Shown piece after piece: positions 26,781-33,620 of a stretch of DNA of 33,620 nt. Numbering within the stretch: the stretch's first letter is position 1; every line of letters begins with the position of its first letter. The stretch lies in the IMG/VR virus record IMGVR_UViG_3300043451_000065, positions 1 to 33,620 of that record. One strand, written 5' to 3'. A model generated the notes under the pieces. The model worked only from the letters and a program-made list of their open reading frames with translations. It made no database searches and was not told where the DNA came from. Position numbers and translations under genes: made by a program. This stretch comes from a virus. Its lineage: Duplodnaviria > Caudoviricetes.

Positions 26781-27274
26781 TCTAGCTCAAAAAATTCCTT
26801 GATCTGATCAAATAAATATCTGTAATTTTCGCGGAGCAGGATTCTATAAAATATAGGATTCTGCTCTTTGTATTTGGCGAGCTTCTCATCATTATCATCC
26901 CTGATACAGCACGCTATATTTGCAAACCTATCGCAAACCTTAACGAAGATCGCGAGATCATCCTGAGCTACCTGGTTAAAATACTCTTCTGGGTTTGAGC
27001 TGTTCTTAGTCAGCAATTTAACGATCAATAAAATCCTTGGATTTAAGGCTCTTAAAATTTCATCCTGGGTGCATAGTGTATCTTCGAGGATATCGTGCAA
27101 ATAAGCGGCACAAATGACATCTTCAAGAGCTTCTCTTGGTATTAATTCAGAGTATAATCTGACTGCATTTACTACCATTTGTAAGTGATCTGAATAAGGA
27201 CTATTTCCGTACTTCTGATCCGCGTGATAAGAGAAAGCCAGTTCCCTGGCTCTCATGATTAATTGACTATCCAT
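26777..27274 (-). CDS. HD-domain small alarmone hydrolase (Mesh1/Aph1-like); start revised to 27274
   Basis: A.SYHADQKY..PYSDH, AAYLHDILEDT, IVKLLTK, VKVCDRFAN. Confidence 0.88.
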   Translation of the reverse strand: MDSQLIMRARELAFSYHADQKYGNSPYSDHLQMVVNAVRLYSELIPREALEDVICAAYLHDILEDTLCTQDEILRALNPRILLIVKLLTKNSSNPEEYFNQVAQDDLAIFVKVCDRFANIACCIRDDNDEKLAKYKEQNPIFYRILLRENYRYLFDQIKEFFELD

Positions 27275-27284
27275 ATTTTTATTT

Positions 27285-27851
27285 TTAAGCATACCAACTA
27301 CAATAAACACCTTCGTCTCCTTTGCTGTAAAGATTGATGATCCCGTGCTCACTTCTCAGATAGTAGCTAGGATTTCCTCCACTTACCCAGGCGTTCACGT
27401 TCTTTCTGATCGGCTCTCCGCAGAAACTATCTTTAACTGGGGCAGTTAATCCAGCCATGCTACTATATCCCTGGCTTGGGACCATCTTCCCCTGGATCGG
27501 CTGAATAACAACGCTTTTGTTTTTCACTTCGATTACCTGGTAGAAGTCGATGTTTGTCTGCTCATATCCCCAGCTGTCATAGACGATCTCTCCGACTTGG
27601 AAAGGATTATTTTCAAGCGCTTTCTTCTTCTCCGCTTTTCTTTCTTCATGGTAGGCTTGGATCGCTAATTTACGAATCAATTCTTTTCCAAGCCAAGCTT
27701 CCATTTGCTCAACATTTTTAAATCTATAATTGAAGAGCGGTTTAGCATTGGCGCTTTTTGCTCTCAAGTTACGGCCCAAAGCGACACATCTTTCGATATT
27801 GATTTCAAGACCAACATTAACAAGGGCGAATTTACTGATTAAATTTTTCAT
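27285..27851 (-). CDS. Early hypothetical protein
   Basis: 188 aa; VGEIVYDSWGYEQTNIDFYQV. Confidence 0.8.
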   Translation of the reverse strand: MKNLISKFALVNVGLEINIERCVALGRNLRAKSANAKPLFNYRFKNVEQMEAWLGKELIRKLAIQAYHEERKAEKKKALENNPFQVGEIVYDSWGYEQTNIDFYQVIEVKNKSVVIQPIQGKMVPSQGYSSMAGLTAPVKDSFCGEPIRKNVNAWVSGGNPSYYLRSEHGIINLYSKGDEGVYCSWYA

Positions 27852-27871
27852 GGGATTAGATATTTATAGGA

Positions 27872-27958
27872 TTAAAAACTGATTCTTCCGTTTCTTTGAA
27901 CTCGATCATTCAAGACGATCTGGAAAACAAGGGCGATTAAAATAAATAAGTAAATCAT
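27872..27958 (-). CDS. Small single-TM peptide, 28 aa (not in ORF track)
   Basis: MIYLFILIALVFQIVLNDRVQRNGRISF; starts just after the ATCTAAAC leader of promoter copy B. Confidence 0.55.
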   Translation of the reverse strand: MIYLFILIALVFQIVLNDRVQRNGRISF

Positions 27959-27968
27959 TTTTCAAGGG

Positions 27969-28050
27969 GTTTAGATTAGTAGCACACTGACTACATATCA
28001 AAGGTAATAAATTATTTCATAAATAAAAATAATTTTTAATAATTTTTTTC
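27969..28050 (-). promoter_or_regulatory. Early-type promoter, copy B
   Basis: Minus strand GAAAAAAATTATTAAAAAT...TACCTTTGATATGTAGTCAG...ATCTAAAC. Confidence 0.8.
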
Positions 28051-28055
28051 CTGGG

Positions 28056-28343
28056 TTAAATGTTCAGCCCAGGAAAGATTTCTTCTAGTTCTCCGGCTTC
28101 GATCGCCTTGAAGATTTTTACTAAGTTTTCTGGCTTGTATAAGTATTGAATAATTCGCAAAGCTTCTTTTTGATTACCTTCAGTAGCAACCATTATCTGA
28201 GCGTAAGCGTCAGCCATGCTAGGCTCTACCCAGTCTAAAATTTTGATTTGATTCTCATTCAATCCGGCGCGATCCTGGCGGTGGCTATTAAAGAAAGCAT
28301 TGTAAGCAGCACCGTAAGCAAGTTCTTTTAATTGAGCATTCAT
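28056..28343 (-). CDS. Early hypothetical protein
   Basis: 95 aa, flanked by promoter copies B and C. Confidence 0.75.
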   Translation of the reverse strand: MNAQLKELAYGAAYNAFFNSHRQDRAGLNENQIKILDWVEPSMADAYAQIMVATEGNQKEALRIIQYLYKPENLVKIFKAIEAGELEEIFPGLNI

Positions 28344-28353
28344 GATCTTTATT

Positions 28354-28435
28354 GTTTAGATGTTCTGTCGTTCTGACTACATATCAAAGATACAAAACTA
28401 TTCCAGAATAAAAAACATTTTTAATAATTTTTTTC
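28354..28435 (-). promoter_or_regulatory. Early-type promoter, copy C
   Basis: Minus strand GAAAAAAATTATTAAAAAT...TATCTTTGATATGTAGTCAG...ACATCTAAAC. Confidence 0.8.
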
Positions 28436-28492
28436 TTAAAGTATAAACTTTTTTTCTATCCCTATTTATAAGCAAAGTAAAAAACTAAAAAA

Positions 28493-29086
28493 ATGACGGT
28501 AAAAGAAGGAATCGAAAAAATCCGCTTGATGCTAGCCTCAGAAGGCGAAGCGGACCAAGTCGAGACTAATGAGCCAGAGGCACCCGTTTCTGAATTAGCT
28601 TTTGAATCTTACGATCTTAAAGACGGATCGAAGATTGACTTGAGCGGTTTAGAAATCGGAGCTGAAGCTTCTTTAGTAGACGAAACGGGGAACGCTTCCC
28701 CGGCTCCAGATGGAGAGTATGAGTTAGTAGACGGTACTATGATCACGATCGTAGGCGGTAAGGTAGAAGGCATTGAGACTCCTCAAGCTGAAGCTGAGCC
28801 GATTGAAATGCCAGAGGAAGAGATTCCAATGGAGTCGGACAAGTTCACAGAGATCGACGGCACGATCGAAAACTTAAAGGCAGAGAACGAAGCTTTAAAA
28901 GCTAAGATTGCATCTATCGAGGGTAAATTCTCTCAAGCGATCAACGATCTTTCTGACGTAGTTTTGGGTTTAGCTTCAACTCCTAGCGCTGGTCCTATCC
29001 AGGCACCAAAAAATTCTTTCTCTCAAGCAGAGAAAAGAGAAGAGAAAATCGAGAGATTTTTAAACAAAGTAAAAAATTTAAAATAA
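28493..29086 (+). CDS. Capsid scaffolding protein
   Basis: Acidic; PAPDGEYELVDG motif; coiled coil; basic C-terminus; precedes the capsid gene. Confidence 0.7.
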   Translation: MTVKEGIEKIRLMLASEGEADQVETNEPEAPVSELAFESYDLKDGSKIDLSGLEIGAEASLVDETGNASPAPDGEYELVDGTMITIVGGKVEGIETPQAEAEPIEMPEEEIPMESDKFTEIDGTIENLKAENEALKAKIASIEGKFSQAINDLSDVVLGLASTPSAGPIQAPKNSFSQAEKREEKIERFLNKVKNLK

Positions 29087-29106
29087 CAATTTAAAAAACA
29101 AAAAAG

Positions 29107-30069
29107 ATGGCATTTGTAGTATCTTCATTGGCTAACTATACAGAAGAGAACGCGACACAATTAGTAGCGTCTTCAGTATTAGGAGCAAAAACAATCTCTT
29201 TGATCAAGGATCAAGGTAACGTAATGTTAGGCGTAAAATCTGCTGAGACAGTAAACATCATGGACACTGACGCGTTCTTCCAAGATGGTTCTTCTTGCGG
29301 TTTCAACGCTTCTGGCACAACTACTTTCACACAGCGTACTTTAACTGTAGGAAAGATCAAAGTAAACGAGGCACTTTGCCCGAAAGATTTAGAGTCTAAG
29401 TATTTACAGAAGGCATTGCCTGCTGGATCTTCTTATGATTCTATCGTATTCGCTGCTGAATACTCACAACGTAAGGCTGACAAGATCGCTTCTCAATTAG
29501 AGATCGCGGTATGGCAAGGCGATACAGCTTCAGCTAACGGAAACTTAAACAAGTTCGACGGTTTCGCTAAGTTAATCGCTGCTGCTTCTGCTTCAGTAAT
29601 CCACGCTAATACGACTACTTACTACGGTACTCCTTTAGCTGCTTCAGCTGGTATCACTACTTCTAATGTGATCAACGTAATCGATGCAGTTTACAAAGCT
29701 TTACCTGCTGAGATCGTATCTAAGGACGATGCAACTATCTTCGTAGGAATGGATGTATTCCGTACTTACACTATCGCTTTAAAGAACGCGAATTTATTCG
29801 CTTACACTTTCGACGGTAAGGCAGATTCAGAATTGATGTTACCAGGTACAACTGTTAAGGTGGTAGCTGTTCAAGGTTTGAATGGTCTTTCTAAGATCTA
29901 TGGTGGTCGCGTTTCAAACATGTTCTACGGAACTGACTTATTAGATGAGCAAGAGCGTTTCGAATTGTTCTTTGCTAAAGAAGCTGATCAAGTTCGCTTC
30001 GTAGCTGAATTCAAGGCTGGCGTTCAGATCGCTTTCCCTGCTGAGATGGTAGATTTTATCTTAGCTTAA
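29107..30069 (+). CDS. Major capsid protein
   Basis: 320 aa; LCPKDLE, VWQGD, FDGFAK, FYGTDLL; follows the scaffold gene. Confidence 0.85.
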   Translation: MAFVVSSLANYTEENATQLVASSVLGAKTISLIKDQGNVMLGVKSAETVNIMDTDAFFQDGSSCGFNASGTTTFTQRTLTVGKIKVNEALCPKDLESKYLQKALPAGSSYDSIVFAAEYSQRKADKIASQLEIAVWQGDTASANGNLNKFDGFAKLIAAASASVIHANTTTYYGTPLAASAGITTSNVINVIDAVYKALPAEIVSKDDATIFVGMDVFRTYTIALKNANLFAYTFDGKADSELMLPGTTVKVVAVQGLNGLSKIYGGRVSNMFYGTDLLDEQERFELFFAKEADQVRFVAEFKAGVQIAFPAEMVDFILA

Positions 30070-30086
30070 TTCTTACCAATAAGTTC

Positions 30087-30120
30087 GGGGAGATCCATTG
30101 GATTGGACTCCCCTAATTTT
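30087..30120 (+). terminator. Stem-loop after the capsid gene (likely leaky terminator)
   Basis: GGGGAG(A)TCCA...TGGACTCCCC then TAATTTT. Confidence 0.65.
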
Positions 30121-30140
30121 AACCTTTTAAATTTAAAATA

Positions 30141-30653
30141 ATGGCTTGCGCATTAACTCAAGGATATACCTTAGATTGCAAAGATTCATTAGGCGGAATC
30201 ACGGAAGTGTATTTCATTGAAAAAGGTAACGTATCTAGCACGACTGAAGCAAGCGGTGTAATCACTGCAATCACTAAGGGAAGCGGTAAGGTTTTCAGAA
30301 AATATGAATTAGTTCCTGGAACTTCTTCTTTGACTGAGAACATCAACGCTAACGTGCAAAACGGGACTGTATTCTACGCTCAAGAATTGTCAATCATTCT
30401 TAACAAATTACAAGCTAATACAAGAAATGAAATTCTTTTATTAGCTCAGAATACTTTAGTAGCTGTCGTAGGTGATAACAACGGCAAGTACTGGTATTTA
30501 GGCAAGGTCCACGGACTTAATATGTCAGGTGGCAACGGTGCAACCGGTACGGCTCAAGGAGATCGTTCTGGATACACTTTGACATTCTCTGCTTCAGAAG
30601 GTGCTTTAGCTCCAGAAGTAGCAAGCGGTGTAATCTCAGGATTAACTGCTTAG
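30141..30653 (+). CDS. Major tail tube protein
   Basis: MACALTQG...CKDSLGGI...NGTVFYAQEL...GYTLTF. Confidence 0.75.
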   Translation: MACALTQGYTLDCKDSLGGITEVYFIEKGNVSSTTEASGVITAITKGSGKVFRKYELVPGTSSLTENINANVQNGTVFYAQELSIILNKLQANTRNEILLLAQNTLVAVVGDNNGKYWYLGKVHGLNMSGGNGATGTAQGDRSGYTLTFSASEGALAPEVASGVISGLTA

Positions 30654-30676
30654 TAAGATAGTCGTTTGGTTAGACG

Positions 30677-30706
30677 GGGAGGGGGCGAGAGCCTCCTCTT
30701 TTTTTT
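30677..30706 (+). terminator. Rho-independent terminator
   Basis: GGAGGGGGC-GAGA-GCCTCCTCT followed by a U tract. Confidence 0.85.
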
Positions 30707-30743
30707 GTTTTATAAAATAACTTTGCTTTGCTATTTATTATCG

Positions 30744-31130
30744 ATGATTCACTTGACTAAAGGACAAACGACTAAAATAGTAGTGACGCTAAAGGAGAAG
30801 CAAACCCTTTCGGCGCCTAATTACTTATTCTTCTTTAAGTCCAGATCGACAGATAAGACTAAAGCTTTTGTGCTTTTAAATGCTGCGGATCTATCAGCTT
30901 ACAAGGATAGATTCAACGCTTTTAATATCGTCACTAATAGCTATTTTGCTAATTATGACAGCGGAGAATATACTTATGCTATCTATGAGCAGACATCAAG
31001 TTCAAATTTAGATCCTGCTTTAGCTACAAATTTGCTAGAACTGGGGCAAATGTCACTTAAAAACTCGACAGAATTTGAATTCACTACATACAACCAGACG
31101 AATAATACCTTTATAGTGCGCGATATATGA
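30744..31130 (+). CDS. Putative structural protein (start revised to 30744)
   Basis: MIHLTKGQ...; the track start at 30666 runs through the terminator; ATGA overlap with the portal. Confidence 0.65.
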   Translation: MIHLTKGQTTKIVVTLKEKQTLSAPNYLFFFKSRSTDKTKAFVLLNAADLSAYKDRFNAFNIVTNSYFANYDSGEYTYAIYEQTSSSNLDPALATNLLELGQMSLKNSTEFEFTTYNQTNNTFIVRDI

Positions 31131-33106
31131 GCAATACAACGAATTTCTTGAACGTCCTTACCTTTGCGGAGGCCAGACAGCCAGAGTATCAAGAGAAAAA
31201 AGGCGAGAATGGTGGATACATTGAGTTTGGAAAAAAGAATGACTACCCTAATTACCTGGTAGATCTGTTTAGCAAGTCAGCTAAGCACAACGCGATCATA
31301 AAAAGCAAGGTAAACTATATCACTGGAAACGGTTTTAAGCCGATCGAAGAAACGGATCAAGCAGCTCAGGAGTTTATTGACAAACCAAACCCTTTCGAAT
31401 CACTTAATGATATCCTAAAAAAGGTATCGACAGACGTCGAATTATTTGGAGGTGCTTATCTTCAAGTTATATGGAGCCAAACCGGTGGACAGATTGCAGA
31501 AGTTTATCACTTAGACTATACTAAGGTCCGCACAAATGACGATAATACTCAGTTCTGGTATTCTGAAAACTGGCAAGACTCAAAATATAAGCGCTCTATT
31601 TATAACGCTTTTAATGACAAGCTTCCAGTAGGTACACAGATCCTATACTTAAAAGAATACCGTCCTAATCTTTCGGCTTATTCTTTACCTGGTTATATTG
31701 GAGCTTTGAATTATATCGAGTCAGATATCGAAGTTTCTAAGCACGTCTTAGGAAACGCGCAGACTGGCTTCAGTGCTTCTAAATTAATCACACTTCCTAA
31801 CGGCGAGCCTCAAGATGAAGAGAAGCGCCAAGTAGAGCGTAAATTTACAGATCGTTTCTCTGGATCCGACGGCAAGAAGTTCATTCTTTCCTTCGTGAAC
31901 GATGCTTCTCGCAAGCCGATCATCGAGGACCTGGGAGCTTCAGATATTACTAAAGAAGATTTTGCGAATGTCGATAAGATCATCGAGAAAAACGTGTATG
32001 CTGGACACCAGATTACGTCTCCAGATTTATTCGGTATTTCGACACCTGGTCAATTAGGATCACGCCAGCAAATGCGCGACTCTTACGAGATCTTCAAAAA
32101 TACATACGTCAATGATAAGCAAATATATCAAGAACAAGTATTCAGTTTACTTGCCAAATTACGCGGTTCTATCGATGGGCTACAAATAATCCCAGTAGAG
32201 CCAATCGGCATGGAATTCTCTGAAGCTACGATCGCGCAAAACTTAACTAAAGACGAGATCCGCGAAAAACTTGGAGCGCCTAAATTAGAGGCTAAGACTT
32301 CAGGAACTTCTCAGGATGTGATTGATGCGATCAATAGCTTATCGCCATTAGTAGCGAACAAGGTACTTGAGTCCATGACTCCAAATGAAGTCAGGGCCCT
32401 GGTAGGCTTAACAGAAGAGCAAGGAGGCGGAGAGCTAGAAGGCGCCGCTCCTGCTGCTACTAATTTACGATTTAGCGAAGATGATATCATCTCGATCTTT
32501 GATCAGTTCGGAGAGTCTAAAAGCAACTACTCCATATTTCGCACTAGAGACACGTTCTCAGCCTTGCCTAATGACTTAGAGGAGGCGATGAATTTGGACT
32601 TTGCTACTCAAGAATTAACACGCCTAGAGGCGAATGTCTTGGACCTGATCCAGAAGGATAAGAGAATCACTCCAGAGATAATCTCAGGCACGATCAAAAC
32701 TGATCTAGCGATCATTAATAAAATCATGGACTCCTTAGAGGAACGCGGTTTGATCAAGTCTACAAATGTTCGCGGAAATGTCGAGAGAGTTTTGACTTCT
32801 CCCCTTACTGAGATCACTGACACTAAGCCATCAACGCGTAGCTTCATGGTCCGCTATTCTTACGAGTGGAGATCATCGATCCCAGCAGGACAGAGAAACA
32901 CAGCAGCGCATCCAAGCAGACAATTTTGTGCGCGCTTGATGCAACTAGATAAACTATACACCAGGGCAGAGATCGAAGCGATCAGCTTGCGACTAGGTTA
33001 TTCAGTATTTGATCGTCGCGGTGGCTGGTGGACTATGCCAGACGGAGAACATTCTCCTTCTTGCCGTCATGTCTGGGCTTCTCAGGTAGTAATTAAAAAA
33101 GGATAA
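31127..33106 (+). CDS. Portal protein with C-terminal wHTH-like and MuF-like extension
   Basis: FGKKNDYPNYL...SAKHNAII...GNG, LFGGAYLQV, GHQITSP.LFG; C-terminal SRQFC...GG...CRHVW. Confidence 0.85.
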   Translation: MSNTTNFLNVLTFAEARQPEYQEKKGENGGYIEFGKKNDYPNYLVDLFSKSAKHNAIIKSKVNYITGNGFKPIEETDQAAQEFIDKPNPFESLNDILKKVSTDVELFGGAYLQVIWSQTGGQIAEVYHLDYTKVRTNDDNTQFWYSENWQDSKYKRSIYNAFNDKLPVGTQILYLKEYRPNLSAYSLPGYIGALNYIESDIEVSKHVLGNAQTGFSASKLITLPNGEPQDEEKRQVERKFTDRFSGSDGKKFILSFVNDASRKPIIEDLGASDITKEDFANVDKIIEKNVYAGHQITSPDLFGISTPGQLGSRQQMRDSYEIFKNTYVNDKQIYQEQVFSLLAKLRGSIDGLQIIPVEPIGMEFSEATIAQNLTKDEIREKLGAPKLEAKTSGTSQDVIDAINSLSPLVANKVLESMTPNEVRALVGLTEEQGGGELEGAAPAATNLRFSEDDIISIFDQFGESKSNYSIFRTRDTFSALPNDLEEAMNLDFATQELTRLEANVLDLIQKDKRITPEIISGTIKTDLAIINKIMDSLEERGLIKSTNVRGNVERVLTSPLTEITDTKPSTRSFMVRYSYEWRSSIPAGQRNTAAHPSRQFCARLMQLDKLYTRAEIEAISLRLGYSVFDRRGGWWTMPDGEHSPSCRHVWASQVVIKKG

Positions 33107-33620
33107 GGAATGAAAAATATCTGCTTTATAAACGTAAACACGATCAAGGAAAGAAGCGCGCTTCATTCTAACGTCGATGACAAATTGATCCTTCCGGAAA
33201 TCCTTACAGCTCAGGACATGTATTTGCTTCCTGCTTTAGGCACTGCTTTATACAATCGCTTGCAGGCAGGGATCGAAAATAATAATTTGACAGCGGACGA
33301 GGTGGACTTATTAGATAATTTCATCACTAATCCTTTGGTATATTATACGCTTTCAGAGCTTCCAGTAGGATTGTCTTACCAGTTCTATAATAAGGGCTTA
33401 GTGCGCAAAACAAGCGACAACACAGACACGCCTCAGATGCAGGATCTTATCGATGTCGCTTCAAGATACAGAACACGCGCGGAGTTTTACACACAGCGAT
33501 TGATCAAACACTTAAAGCAGGTATCATCTACTAGCGATAAGTTCCAGGAATATGTGAACTACGGTACTGGTGTTGATATTATCAAGCCAGAGAGAGACGC
33601 TTACCAGGCTTCGATCTGGT
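33100..33620. repeat. Terminal direct repeat, copy 2 (contains the truncated adaptor CDS from 33110)
   Basis: Matches 1-521 with 9 substitutions. Confidence 0.97.

Noticed and set aside
27969-28435. Promoter repeats as a mini CRISPR array or insertion-sequence ends
   Set aside because: Only two direct copies about 386 bp apart enclosing a gene; no cas or transposase gene; the promoter consensus explains them
3076-32847. Short minus-strand and alternate-frame ORFs in the track (e.g. 3076-3258, 6328-6609, 11594-11866, 23674-24135, 24157-24507, 25746-25991, 32608-32847)
   Set aside because: They overlap well-supported + strand genes and have shadow-like composition with no motifs

Overview
The window is an essentially complete ~33.1 kb tailed (siphovirus-like) phage genome, probably of a Bacteroidota host (TAnnTTTG promoters, AT-rich translation starts). 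Bases 1-521 recur at 33100-33620 with 9 synonymous differences, so the unit length is 33,099 bp. Modules on the + strand: head-tail joining and tail fibre (S74 chaperone); lysis (holin-like, GH24 lysozyme, u-spanin-like); metallophosphoesterase; early/replication genes (SSB-like, initiator with iterons, DnaB, RusA, sigma-like); glycosyltransferase and methyltransferase; terminase; frameshifted tail chaperone; tail genes; tape measure; XkdF-like protease; scaffold; capsid; major tail; portal. I found no integrase, repressor, tRNA or CRISPR array. The standout is at 25234-28435. The XkdF-like head protease is fused, via DF|GGPGSG, to a RelA/SpoT nucleotidyltransferase domain resembling Tas1/Apk (p)ppApp synthetases. 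A 74-aa candidate immunity gene follows, and a convergent Mesh1/Aph1-like HD hydrolase lies in a minus-strand cassette behind repeated early-type promoters. I infer a virion-packaged alarmone toxin with an early-expressed antidote. Other notable signals are a kissing-loop attenuator-like RNA before the replication initiator, a 3-kb GATC-free tail-fibre island in a GATC-rich genome, and two unannotated membrane micropeptides. All assignments come from reading motifs by eye; no database searches were run.
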